Assembly: GCF_023055435.1 (NCBI RefSeq)
Contig: NW_025963902.1
Coordinates: 2,539,815 to 2,603,814, forward strand
Reading direction: 5' to 3'
From: Haliotis rufescens
Taxonomy: Eukaryota
Length of the DNA stretch: 64,000 bases
The position numbers were made by a program, and so were the translations under genes. This document shows, one piece after another, positions 35,545 through 48,906 of this stretch. Within the stretch, counting starts at the first letter, position 1. Every line of letters begins with the position of its first letter. The notes under the pieces are model-generated. The model worked only from the letters and a program-made list of their open reading frames with translations. It was not told where the DNA came from and searched no databases.

Positions 35545-35700
35545 CTAGGAAGGGGGCGGGCGGGTAGCCTGGTGGTTAAAGCGTTCCCTCGTCACTCCGA
35601 AGATCCGGGTACAATGTCCGAAGCCCATTTCTGGTGTCCCACTCCGTGATTTTACTAGAATATCGCTAAAAGCAGCGTAAAACCATACTGACTCACTCAC
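35545..35700 (+). mobile_element. tRNA-derived SINE family 1. It has a tRNA-like head (…ggttcgattccc…), the body 'ccatttctggtgtccc.cgccgtgatattgctggaatattgctaaaagc', and an (ACTC)n-like tail 'aaaccatactcactcactca'.
   Basis: Copies: 11255-11300 (fragment), 35545-35700 (+), 41825-42065 (-, with an internal duplication of the tRNA-like part), 42315-42450 (-, diverged), 42835-42905 (fragment), 48282-48906 (-, interrupted by a nested MITE), 51182-51320 (-) and 62691-62850 (-, flanked by the direct repeat 'cacccatata'). Confidence 0.7.
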
Positions 35701-35879
35701 TGATCTGGCAGGTATGCGACTGACAATGGGATCAAATTGTAAGAACTCTATACTAAAACAGTATTAAGAAGAAACAGGCTCAACGACGCCCCTTGTCACA
35801 TTGACAGGTTCTTGGTTGTATTTGCGTTGCATCATTTCTACACTTACAGAGATGTATTGTTATTCTGGTGATCGAAACT

Positions 35880-36270
35880 ATTTAGACGTCACTATCATTG
35901 AGATTTACAATCTAGCCGTCACTATCGTCGGGATTTACTATCGAGTCGTCACATTCGTTGGGATTTACTATCTAGTCGTCACATTCATTGGGATTTACTA
36001 TCTAGTCGTCACTATTGTTGGGATTTACTATTTAGTCATCACTATCGTTGGGATTTACTATTTAGTCGTCACTATCGTTGAAATTTACTATTTAGTCGTC
36101 ACTATCGTTGGGATTTACTATCTAGTCGTTACTATCGTTGGGATTTACTATCTAGTTGTCACTATCGTTGGGATTTACTATTTAGTAGTCACTATCCTTG
36201 GGATTTACTATTTAGTTGACACTATCGTTGCGATTTACTATTTAGTCGTGACTATCACTGGGATTTAGTT
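35880..36270. repeat. Minisatellite with a 30-bp unit 'gggatttactatctagtcgtcactatcgtt' and about 13 copies.
   Basis: Direct count. ORF 35801-36268 is an artefact. Confidence 0.9.
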
Positions 36271-36609
36271 CCCCTAGTCAAACGCTCAGCATTTTTGGCC
36301 ATAGCCTGTGACCTAGCAATCCCCACATCAGTCAGGGTACTGTGGACTTATTCTGCTAAGAATTCCAACCGGTTCAGACAAACATAAGAATTTGTTTTTT
36401 TGTTTGGTTTATAATCAAATCTAATTCAAATCCTTGTGATGCAATTCTCTTTCATAAAAGCCATTTTCACTTCACATGGGCTATTTCTCATCCTTGCCCT
36501 TTCTGACAATAACCACAAAGTGTGTTGCCTCTCAACTTGTTTATTAATACATTTAACCATCACAGCTGTCTTTGTACATATGATGCACACGTGGCAGGCT
36601 TCACCAATG

Positions 36610-36900
36610 TAAAACAAATCATATGCATTTAATCAAAACACAAATAACAATCATTTAATCAATAAACAGATCACAAGCATATAACTATTAAACAGATTAC
36701 AGACATTTAATCATTAAAAGAATTACAATCATTTAATCAATTAACACATCACAAGCATTTAATCATAAAACAATTCACAAGCATTAAATGATCATATTTT
36801 TCACAAGCATTTAATTATTAAACAATTTACAAGCATTTAATCATGAACACAAATCGCAAGCAATTAATCACTAAACAGATCGTGAACATGTAATCAATAA
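36610..36900. repeat. AT-rich degenerate tandem repeat with a ~30-bp unit 'catttaatca.taaacagatcacaag'.
   Basis: 'caagcatttaatca' recurs about 9 times. Confidence 0.6.
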
Positions 36901-37371
36901 TAAAAACAATATCACATGATCTGATCAGCAATGAAAGCCATTTAGACACAGTATATGTGCCGAATATATCTCCACGATGCATATGACGTGTAACTCATAT
37001 AAGCCAAGATTAACGTCTGGGAAAGATGATACAGCAAACAGCAGTTTAAACATTGGAAGTAAAACGATGGCAGTAAATTAAGTACAAGTACAAAAACAAA
37101 TCACAGGAATGCGAAGTTATAATTTAAAAAATGACATTGTATGCCTCTTAACAATCAAACATACTGTAGTTATACACAGAGACGGGAGTTTGATAATAAA
37201 ATGCTGAATAAGCGCAAATAAAATACCCTATTTGGTCCTCATACAAATGTTCTCGGTTCTCATTCTGTTGAGATAACAAACTTCAACAACAAAAACAGCG
37301 CCAAGGTATTGAAGCTCACCTTTCTAAGCTAACCCAACAAGACAAGATTAATGTCAGTACATGTTATTTAC

Positions 37372-37738
37372 TAGGAGTGAAACGATGCAGCAAGGTCAAG
37401 GCACGATGTTTATCCCGATACACAGGTCACGCATGGAAACTTCTTGACTATAAATATTTCAGGGCAGGTTCCAAAGGAAGAGCTAGCTATAGATTCATGT
37501 ATGTAGCGGCTATTTTTAGTAATATTTGACTGACCAAAACGCCTGGGTGGGGGTAGAGGTGTGGTTGTGGATGGGGGGGGGGGGGTTGGCGTGGGGGTCA
37601 TTAAACAAGTAGTAAGTAATTTATTTTAGCAAGTGTATTGACTTGTATGGACATAGAAAGAAAAACGTATCATATCATTGCATGAAAACTCATGATGCAC
37701 CTGTGTACCGATGTACCGTTTCACCCCTATTCATTACC
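37372..37738 (+). mobile_element. Short (~370 bp) copy of a TIR-bearing composite element. The full-length copy is at 52088-52918.
   Basis: The head 'ggagtgaaacgatgcagca' and the tail 'gtaccgtttcacccc' are inverted repeats. The G-rich tract and the 3' segment 'ggtcattaaacaagtagtaagtaa.ttattttagcaagt…catgaaaactca.gatgcacc' are shared with 52330-52918. Confidence 0.55.
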
Positions 37739-38987
37739 AATATGAAAATTACTGAAATAAACAACAAGACTTTTTAACAAAGTAAACACTACCACAGGCA
37801 AAGTAATTACGAAAATAGCATGTGAAAACACTTGTTGTGATTGGTTTGAATAAACTCCTTCCTTGTCAATTGTCCGTGTGCCCTGGAGACTTATCATAGT
37901 ACATTGGTCCTTCATGCTGACGTCCATAAGCATACAGCCGTTCCACTTAAACTGGGGGTAATCATTTCCCCCACTCACACACATCTTCAAGCCATTGCCT
38001 TTATCAGTTTAGGAAGAGAAAAGTGTTTCAGCTTCTGGGATAGACATAGCTGTGGTAACAGCATCTCTGTGCTTTTCCCTGTAAACATTGTTGATATGGA
38101 CTGATACACAGAGCTCTCCCATAGTGTATTCCTAGGATAAACAGACTGTTATAAATATGGCAGTGTATTTTATTGTTAAACAATGATTGTAACTGTGTTA
38201 CATTGTTTCTGTTGAGATTCGGTAGAGGCTCATTGCATTGTGCTTGGACAGTGATCAGTCGTCAGGAAGGTACTATATTTAGATGCTAGTGCAGTGTGTA
38301 AACTTCCGGTCCGGTATACCGTGGACGGTGATAGTATGTTACCAAAATTTCTGTAATGTTTTATGTTGAGAGGGCACCATGTGGAAATTTCCAGTAGCTG
38401 GTTAGCCTTCATAAGCCGACAAGAGCGTGTTTGTGTATCACTCACACATTTTCATCACATCAGAACCAGCTTTCATGTGAGGATCGCTCATCATCCCTGA
38501 TTCCCTGCCTTGCCCATAACTGAAGCTTGACTAGTGTTGCTGTTGGTGAATATATATATTATCACTGACTTTTGCTTTCACCACTGTATTTTTTGTATTT
38601 GATACTGACCCCTGCCATCATATTATTATACTGTTATAGAATATTGTACTACCACTCTATTGTGAACTGCCATTGAATATTGTACTACCACTATATTGTG
38701 TACTGCCATTGTAATTGCTGTGTAGTAATTTGTGTTGATTTGTAAAACCTAGTGAATTTTTGTAATACATTTGTAGATTTATACCACATGTTGGTTATTT
38801 GTGGGTTCTTTTACTTTGAGATTTCTGGGTTAATATATTGTTTCAATTTGGGAATCAACGCTTAACAAGACCAACAGTGACCCACGACAAAGGTCACACT
38901 GAAGGTATCAAGATGAACGAAAACTAAAAGTTTATCCTAAGAAAAAAATATATCATCTGAACTTTTAACCTTGGCACATGATGATGG

Positions 38988-39132
38988 TTATAGTCGGCAA
39001 CTTTGGAGCCAGGTTTCCAGGTTCGAGATCTGTTTCTCCACACTCGACTTGGCGGTTCCACCATAGGCTGTGTACTGGTCCACCGAGTTCTCATAGTTCC
39101 ACACATTGGCCACATCACTTTCGAACAGAGGG
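38988..39132 (-). CDS. ASL: ASL terminal coding exon: (S)[47 protein letters not shown]
   Basis: It matches the argininosuccinate lyase C-terminus (human [38 protein letters not shown]…). The acceptor 'ccggcag|c' is at 39132/39133. The exon starts with 1 nt that completes the AG from the previous exon. The stop is at 38988-38990. Confidence 0.85.
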
Positions 39133-40265
39133 CTGCCGGTACAAACGTAGTGAATGAGTGACATGGGGTTTAAACTGCTTTTACAGTGATAAATAATGTC
39201 AAATCGTAATGTGGGAGGTGGCCTAAAGGTGCAGATGTTTACTATCTCAATAAAACCTAATATTATGGATGTGTTGCTGACAAGGACCATAATTAAGGTG
39301 AATGTTGACTTCAAACCCATGATCAGCAGATCCTGATACAGGCAAGGGATGCAACTCATCTATAGGCCACCATGCACACACAGGTTTTAGGATAGTCACT
39401 AGAGCTGAGTATCGCTTGGTATCTTGCGTAACGATTTGTATCACGATACAGACTGACAATAGTACAGGTATCACGATACACCACATCAAATAGTAAGAAA
39501 TGATGAAATCACTGAAATTCAGCTCTAGAACCTCTTTCTTCATGCATTCATTTATTATCATCTCAAACACTTTAACAATGAACACCGAAAAAAAGAAGGT
39601 TTTCATCGAAGGGATGGTTATTAAATGTAGCAGTCAGTCGAAGTGTCCTCAGTCACCATGTCCTCGTGTGCTGCCATGGTTACAGCATGGTTATGCTACT
39701 ACTGACATTATGGGAGGTCAGTCACTCTGTTAGTTCCTGTTCTATTTATAGCATATCACGTTCAAGAATCGTGTGCATCATAGTAACGATGATATCGTAG
39801 GTATCAGTGAATCGTTACAGCCCTACAGTCTGGAAGGTAATTTAAGGTACCAACGTTTACTACAATATCTGAAAAACTATCGGACCTACTCCAGTCAAAG
39901 TTGGTATGAGATTATTAAACAGTCAAACATAACTGGATATTACATTTAAAGACAATCGGTGCATGAATAAAAAATCTGTCTATTTAGCTATCACTATATT
40001 TCCTCAACAACCAGACCTGTTCGTCATGGGTGGAATGAGCATTCATTGAAACAGCCATCTGCATAATGCTACCCTTCGTCACAGGGCAATATGACACAGT
40101 TGACCCAATCAACTCAACTCGAAAGGGTGCAAGGGAATCACGCACGCACGAATATGATGTAAGCGTTGGGCGTCTCAACGTGCGTGATTCCCGTGCATAT
40201 AGACATGCACATCAACATGCTGGCCGCGACCCTCGGGGACGGCTCACTTCACTTTATTGCTGTAC

Positions 40266-40372
40266 CTGACAGTCTTGAGGTCTTCCAAGAGGAGCTTCTC
40301 CATGACGCAGCCCTTCCTCTCCGCCAGCGCCACACAGCCGCCAGCCAATGAGTGGGCCTCACGGAACGGAAC
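40266..40372 (-). CDS. ASL: ASL exon: VPFREAHSLAGGCVALAERKGCVMEKLLLEDLKTV(S)
   Basis: Human: [36 protein letters not shown]. Acceptor 'ctgtgcag|gttccg', donor 'actgtcag|gtacag'. The exon is 107 nt with phase 0 in and phase 2 out. Confidence 0.85.
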
Positions 40373-40504
40373 CTGCACAGGCAAACACAGGATCTCACCC
40401 CAGTGTCGAAAAACTATTTCATTGTCATTTCCCTGAACAAGCTTTGTGATTGCAATACTTCACTGTTTTTCAAAAGTTATCCAGTATATCTCAATTAAGT
40501 TTTA

Positions 40505-41700
40505 AATCTTGTACCGTCTAGTCCCGTTTATCCGACATGGTTGGCTGCATATGATTATGTTGGATTAACGACTATGAAATTAGGTAGAATCAATGTTTGT
40601 GATGGAAAATCGGACAACTACATGATAGATAATGTTGTAATAAAAAAAAGGAAAAAAGAAATATTCAAATTGTTGTGTTACATTGTCAGCAGAATGTGTT
40701 TTTCTAATCATGTAACCTCTAAAGTTCAACACAAAACAACTGTTACGGGCTGTTTGACTGATTCAAAATACTTTTAAAAGCATAGTCTAGAATGGAAGTC
40801 TCCAGTTTGAAACTAGTGCCCCAATGCTTAACAACCTCATTAAAATCAAATCTTAGTTCTCGCTTCCGCTAAACAAAGATCTGAGGACATCCCATTACGG
40901 GTCACGTCAGACTGACCTTGCGCGAACTTTGACCGGCCAATGGATTGACCAATCAGAAGGGTGCTTTCTCGGGCTTTACAGCACTAATTTCAAATTGGCG
41001 ACTACGCTTCGAAACATATTTTGACAAATTCTCGATTACAAATTTTAAACCTGAACAAAAGAACATTCTGGAATGGCTAACAGATGGTCTAGACTGTATG
41101 GATTCTGTCGTTTAACCCGTAACTATCGTTCAGAATACCCCGTGTTAAAGTTTTCGAGGTTGCATGATTAGAAATCACATTCCGACTGTCACTTTCATAA
41201 TCTGGTAAGCAAAGCTCTGATTGGTCGGATGAAAGGTCGTTCTGACGTGACCCCTAATCGGATGTCTTCAGATCTTTGTTTAGCGGTAGCGAGTACTAAG
41301 GTCTGATTTTAATGAGATTGCAATGCTTAAGAAAGCTGCTTTCTTAGTGGCTAATGTCAAGGTCATTATGATGTGACCTGTAATAGGATATCCTCAGCGG
41401 TAGCGATAACTTGTATCTGATTTTAATGAGATTAAGCATGTGATTAAACCTGTTTTGTTTATTTAAATCATTAATTGTTAATTGTATCAAAACACCGGCT
41501 GTATACTCGCGGGCAGATGACCACGGAGAATGCTGATCAGTGTGTCGGATTAATGAGACTGATTAATGAGTGATTTCAGCAATTCGTTGAAAATTAGGCG
41601 TGTCGGAGTGCGAGACTGTCGGATTAACGGGTCTAAATAGCACTGATTTAATCGGTTCCCATCATTAGTGTCAGACAAAGCCGATTGTCGAATTAACAAG
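40505..41700 (+). repeat. Dispersed ~1.2-kb repeat also present at 61415-61935. The copy here carries a MITE-A insertion at 40847-41440.
   Basis: 40505-40840 aligns with 61415-61680 ('ccgacatggttggctgca.att.atgttggatt.ac…ggacaactacatgatagataa…tttctaatcatg.aacctctaaag.t.aacacaaaac'). 41440-41700 aligns with 61700-61935 ('cctgttttgtttatttaaa.catt…gtgtcggagt…gggtctaaatagcactga…ggttccc.tcattagtgtc…aaagccgattgt.g.attaac.ag'). Confidence 0.6.
40847..41440. mobile_element. MITE-A (copy 1). The ~85-bp TIRs read 'cattaaaatcagatct.agttctcgct.ccgctaaacaaagatctgaggacatcccattacgggtcacgtcagaacgacctttc'. An extra partial third TIR lies at 41340-41440.
   Basis: The left arm at 40847-40930 is the reverse complement of the right arm at 41235-41318. 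A second copy lies at 54472-55041. Confidence 0.75.
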
Positions 41701-41824
41701 ACTTGACTGTAGATGGTTCATGTATATGACATAGAGGGATAATGGAGGCAATATTACAACCCTATTGTAATCGGCACGGAAATCAGTGTCTCACAAGCGC
41801 ACAAAGACATGGCCACTACTCTGC

Positions 41825-42065
41825 TTGAGTGAGTGAGGGAGGGAGCGACTGATATTTTATGCCGCTTTTAGCAATATTCCAGCAGCATCACGGCTGCTGA
41901 CACCTGAGATGGGCATCACACATTGTACCCATGTAGGGAATCAAACCCGAGCCTGTGTGTGACGAGTGAACCCTTTAACCACTGTACCCATGTAGGGAAT
42001 CAAACCCGAGCCTGTGTGTGACGAGTGAACCCTATAACCACTAGGCTACCCAACCATCCCTACCC
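41825..42065 (-). mobile_element. SINE family 1 copy with a tandem duplication of the tRNA-like segment 'cattgtacccatgtagggaatcaaacccgagcctgtgtgtgacgagtgaaccct.taaccact'.
   Basis: Two ~63-bp copies lie at 41928-41990 and 41991-42048. Confidence 0.65.
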
Positions 42066-42220
42066 TGCTAGAACAGTAACTACTGAAAAACAAAATTTGT
42101 ATTCTCCCTCAATGAACCACTGATGAGAAAGCTAGCTGGATCTAACTGATGACATACGTTCTGAACTACCACAGCTCTGGGCGATTTTATGGCTGAAAAT
42201 CTAAAACATGGACACCTTAC

Positions 42221-42301
42221 CCCTTTCCTGACGAGGTAGTAGGCCACATCAGTTGCCAGCATGTCAGAGCTGAGCGCTGCGCTCATGGAATCAGGGTAGA
42301 T
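42221..42301 (-). CDS. ASL: ASL exon: [27 protein letters not shown]
   Basis: Human: [27 protein letters not shown]. Acceptor 'tgtttcag|atc', donor 'aaaggg|gtaagg'. 81 nt. Confidence 0.9.
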
Positions 42302-42987
42302 CTGAAACATATCAATCGTGGATTCTGCACCGTTTTAGTAATATTCCTGCAACATCATGAGGACGCTAGAAATGAACCCACGTGAGAAATCGAACCCAGG
42401 CCTTCAGCAAGATGGGTGAACGCTTTAACCACGCGGCCACCTCACTGCTTCAAAATAACAATAAAGCTGAAGATAAATATACTCACCGCCAAAACAGACG
42501 CGAACCATAGAAACATATAGAGAGATATGTACGTTAAGAAGAGATGTTTCAAATGTGTACCACTTAATGACAAAACTTACAATCAGTCAAGTGTTACCAC
42601 AGAGTGTCTTTATTCTTATCACGATATGCCGCATGTGAATTCCAAATTTCACAAGCTAATCCTGCACGAGACAAATGGTGCATCTGGATTCATGGATCTA
42701 TGACGTTACATGTGATGCGTTCGTCAGCGTCGGTTCACACAACATACCAGGATGTTCGTTTGTGCATTCAACCAATCTTATATCTCTTGAATATGAGTAA
42801 TTCTTCATATTAACCAACGTGTATTAAGCCGTCATGCCGTGATATAACTGGAATACTGTTAAAAGCGGCGTTAAACCCAACTCACTCACTCACTCACAAT
42901 AACACAGGGGCCAGCAAACTTTTGGCAAACTGTGTGTGTGTGATAAACATATGCTCTGTTTATGTTTCAATGCAAACAGTAACAAAC

Positions 42988-43071
42988 CTTGAGGGTAGAG
43001 AGGACACCCGTCGCCACCTGTAGAATGCCAGCCAGGGTGTCATAGGTGTCAAACATGGCCTCCTTGTCTTC
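42988..43071 (-). CDS. ASL: ASL exon: [28 protein letters not shown]
   Basis: Human: [28 protein letters not shown]. Acceptor 'ctttacttag|gaagac', donor 'ctcaag|gtttgt'. 84 nt. Confidence 0.9.
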
Positions 43072-43317
43072 CTAAGTAAAGCAATCGGGCAACTCGTTAG
43101 TCAGTGATCTCATCACCAGGGTGGAGTCAACCACACCCCAACAATCACGAGAATTACTCATCCACATGTACTGTACATAGACAATATCATATTCGTGTTC
43201 ATGTCATACTTTGTTCACGACATCAGTGTCTAAATCCCGTTATTTCCTGAGTGAGAGCGTAAACATAGACATGAACATAAATATGATGTTCTATTTTTTA
43301 ACGAAGAAGACGTCTAC

Positions 43318-43567
43318 ATTGAAAGACAAATGTTAGTGTTTACCTAAAAGGACAGCAAGTCACAACAGCAGCAGAACCACAATTTGTCGAAGGACGTCTT
43401 CAGCTATGATGTTGTGTCTCGCGTTACGTCATTCCAACCTCACTTCAAAATAAGATTTGAATGACGTCCACAATGCCATCCGTATGACGGAAAAATACAC
43501 TGTTGTCTCGTGACGTGATCATACCCTACGAGCACATATGATTTTATGAACCCTGATATGTTTGCCC
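43318..43567. mobile_element. MITE-B, a ~250-bp element with terminal inverted 'ttacctaaaagg…cctcttaggtaa'. It contains 'cttcagctatgatgttgtgtctcgcgttacgtcat' and two TGACGTCA-like motifs.
   Basis: Other copies lie at 61095-61340 and 16310-16480 (partial). Confidence 0.6.
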
Positions 43568-43589
43568 TCTTAGGTAATAAAAATAATTA

Positions 43590-43735
43590 CTCTTGACAAA
43601 GTCAAATTGGGAAAACAAGGACCTGACCCCTGAGGAGGTCTGACCAGACCGAGGCTGAGGTCCGGTCAGACCGCTGAAGGGGTTGGGTCAGAGGGTCCTC
43701 GTTTTCGCATATTGACCTTGTCAAGAGTAATCAAT
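43590..43735. mobile_element. Small palindromic MITE-D, immediately 3' of MITE-B. Its TIRs read 'attactcttgacaaagtcaa…ttgaccttgtcaagagtaat'. The core 'aggacctgacccctgaggaggtctgacc…ggtcagaccgctgaaggggttgggtcagagggtcct' can pair with itself.
   Basis: The reverse complement of 43713-43732 equals 43593-43612 with one mismatch. Confidence 0.55.
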
Positions 43736-44229
43736 CGTTATGTTGTACTGAAATTCACTTGAAAGTTTATGAAGCCTTAAAACCCTGCTCTGTTTCATTA
43801 CTGTAACTTAGCTGCGAACCGTAAAACGTTAGTATGCTAGATGCCATCTTGTTTTCTAGCAGACGAGTCAATATCCATCACATGACAGGTCAATACTGAT
43901 CATGTGACGAGTCAATCTTCGAGGTCAGTGTCAGTCACATGATTTGGGGGTCTACATTGAAATGTATTGTTTCGTTACGTGGTACAGATTAACGAATGGA
44001 ATTTCAAGATTCTTTTTTAATAGAGGTATAACAAGAATCATTGTCTGTAAACATTTAAATTTCTGAGAAGAGTGACTTTTCTCTAACATTGTTATTTCCC
44101 CAGTATCCATAGCTACATAATGGCGGCTACTGATCTTGCTGACTTTCACATCGTAATATTTACTTTGATATGTAGAAAATACCAGCGATTTTGGTCAAAC
44201 ACTTCAGCTCCAGATATATCACGATACAT

Positions 44230-45500
44230 ATGACCTGTAAATCTTAATGTCTTGTAGAGGTCAAGTAAATGTCCTGTATGTAACCTGTAAATGTCCTGTA
44301 TATGATCTGTAAATGTCCTGTATATAACCTGTAAATGTCCTGTATATGACCTGTAAATGTCACATAAATGTTCTTAAATTACCTGTAAATGTCCTGTATA
44401 TAACTGTAAATGTCCTGTATATGACCTGTAAATGTCCTGTATATAACCTGTACATGTCCTGTAGATGACCTGTAAATGTCCTGTATATAACCTGTAAATG
44501 TCCTGTATATAACCTGTAAATGTCCTGTATATAACCTGTAAATGTCCTGTATATGACCTGTAAATGACCTGTAAATGACCTGTAAATGTCCTGTAAATCT
44601 TAATGTCTTGTAGAGGTCACGTAAATGACCTGTAAATGTCCTGTATATAACCTGTACATGTCCTGTATAGGACCTGTAAATGTCCTGTATATAACCTGTA
44701 AATGTCCTGTAAATGACCTGTAAATGTCCTGTATATAACCTGTAAATGTCCTGTATATAACCTGTAAATGTCCTGTATATAACCTGTAAATGTCCTGTAT
44801 ATGACCTGTTAATGTCCTGTAAATCTTAATGTCTTGTAGAGGTCACGTAAATGTCCTTACATGACCTGTACGTGTCCTGTATATGACCTGTAAATGTCCT
44901 GTATATAACCTGTAAATGTCCTGTACATGTTCTGTATATAACCTGTAAATGTCCTGTATATGACCTGTAAATGTCCTGTATATGACCTGTAAATGTCCTG
45001 TATATAACCTGTAAATGTCCTGTATATGACCTGTAAATGTCCTGTAAATGACCTGTATATGACCTGTAAATGTCCTGTATATAACCTGTAAATGTCCTGT
45101 ACGTGTCCTGTATATAACCTGTAAATGTCCTGTATATAACCTGTAAATGTCCTGTAAATGACCTGTATATAACCTGTAAATGTCCTGCATATAACCTGTA
45201 AATGTCCTGTATATAACCTGTAAATGTCCTGTATATGACCTGTAAATGTCCTGTATATAACCTGTAAATGTCCTGTAAATGACCTGTATATAACCTGTAA
45301 ATGTCCTGCATATAACCTGTAAATGTCCTGTATATAACCTGTGAATGTCCTGTAAATGACCTGTATATAACCTGTAAATGTCCTGTAAATGTCCTGTATA
45401 TAACCTGTAAATGTCCTGCATATAACCTGTAAATGTCCTGTATATAACCTGTAAATGTCCTGTAAATGACCTGTAAATGTCCTGCACATGTCCTGTAAAT
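44230..45500. repeat. Minisatellite with a 22-bp unit made of two 11-bp halves, 'cctgtaaatgt' and 'cctgtatataa', and about 58 copies. It lies in the ASL intron and abuts the donor of exon 45516-45575.
   Basis: Direct count. The three minus-strand ORFs at 44826-45626 are artefacts, except their first ~20 codons, which are the real ASL exon. Confidence 0.9.
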
Positions 45501-45515
45501 GTAGATGTAAATTAC

Positions 45516-45575
45516 CTGCAGGTCCTTGTTATAGGTGCTGGGAATCCCCTTCAGGGACATCATGAACCCCGAACA
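45516..45575 (-). CDS. ASL: ASL exon: [20 protein letters not shown]
   Basis: Human: [20 protein letters not shown]. Acceptor 'catgttgcag|tgttcg', donor 'ctgcag|gtaatt'. 60 nt, phase 0 at both ends. Confidence 0.9.
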
Positions 45576-46039
45576 CTGCAACATGACGTACAATACATCT
45601 GTCATGGGACTAAGGGAGTAATACAATCATCCCGAACACTGCAACATCACGTACAATACATCTGTCATGGGACTCATCACACAAGTAAGGGATTTAACCC
45701 CATGCTGCTTTCTAATTACCCTTTATTGATTCTATTAGGACTCGTTGTTCAAGTGCTACACTGGCAGAACAAGGGAGTAATTCAACCATCCCTATTTATC
45801 ACAGTTTAATTTGACTCATTTAAAAAACCAATCACTTCAAAAACGACTTTTCCTAAAGTAACCCATAAATTGAAGTAGTCATGAGAGTGATGAGTGCATG
45901 TTGTTTATGCTACAGTCAGCAATATTCCAGCTATATCATGGTGGCCTGTAATAGTTGAGTCTAGGCCAGGCAGACCAGTGACTGCAAGCAGACTTCTGGG
46001 GACTTACAGTACTCCATAATCACTGCAGGCACAATGACA

Positions 46040-48190
<2,151 letters not shown>

Positions 48191-48204
48191 TCAGTAACTC
48201 AGTC

Positions 48205-48232
48205 ACATCATCATCATCATCATCATCATCAT
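48205..48232. repeat. (ATC)9 trinucleotide microsatellite.
   Basis: 'atcatcatcatcatcatcatcatcatc' is visible directly. Confidence 0.9.
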
Positions 48233-48281
48233 ACTGACAGAGTGATTGTAGCCCACAAGGCCTTATTAACACTTAAAGTAC

Positions 48282-48906
48282 ATCCACACCATAGTGGAGT
48301 GAGTGAGTATGGTTTTACGCATCTTCTTGAGGCAAGAGAGTTAACTGACTATGGAAAGTTTCCACCCTTGCCAAACTAGGCTGGAACTCCTGGGCTCAAT
48401 CGTAGCGCCACCAGTGGCTATTATGAGTTAAGTCCCTTCTAAGCCTCTCTTATGGACCAATCAGATTCCACCTCTCGTATCACTTGTATTTGCTTCAAAC
48501 AAAATGATGGCGCCCAGTCAGGACGATCTGATTGATTGGGAATATTTTGGAAAATTACTGTTGACAATAACTTTGCGGTGCGCATGCTTTACAAATCCTC
48601 CAATTGACCAAAATCTGCATGACAGTTCACGAACCGGATTTCAATTTCGATTTCGTTGGGTGATTTTGATTGGACTATGCATAGACTCGTTAGTCAAGCC
48701 AAAATGTAACTCCATAATACCAGCCTAGTTCGGCAAGGGTGGAAACTGGACTTTTATAGTCAGTCGACCCTCTTGCCGCCGCTTTAAACAATATTCCAGC
48801 AATATCACAGCGGGGAAAATGGGATTCACACAGTGTACACATGTGGGGATTCGAACCTGGGTCTTCGGTGTAACGAGCCAACGCGTTAACCACTAGGCTA
48901 CCCCAC
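48282..48906 (-). mobile_element. SINE family 1 copy flanked by a 14-bp target-site duplication 'cacaccatagtgga'. It is split by a nested MITE-C insertion.
   Basis: The TSD lies at 48276-48289 and 48906-48919. The SINE segments are 48290-48318 and 48786-48905. Confidence 0.65.
48320..48785. mobile_element. MITE-C, a ~465-bp element with ~55-bp TIRs 'ggcaagagagttaactgactatggaaagtttccacccttgccaaactaggctgg'. It is nested inside the SINE.
   Basis: The left arm at 48326-48380 is the reverse complement of the right arm at 48723-48783. Another left-end copy lies at 60140-60265, and the internal part is copied at 18690-18900. Confidence 0.6.

Noticed and set aside
35801-36268. 155-aa + ORF (VTIVGIYYLV…).
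   Set aside because: It is a translation of the 30-bp minisatellite.
39380-39830. Possible inverted repeats 'gcgtaacgatttgtatcacgatac' / 'gtatcagtgaatcgttacagc' that could bound a transposon in the ASL 3' intron.
   Set aside because: The arms match only about 14/22 and have indels. No TSD is evident. This is left as unconfirmed.
44826-45626. Three overlapping 210-266-aa minus ORFs (…YRTFTGHLQVIYR…).
   Set aside because: They are artefacts of the 22-bp minisatellite. Only the N-terminal ~20 codons of the 266-aa ORF ([20 protein letters not shown]) are real, and they are annotated as an ASL exon.
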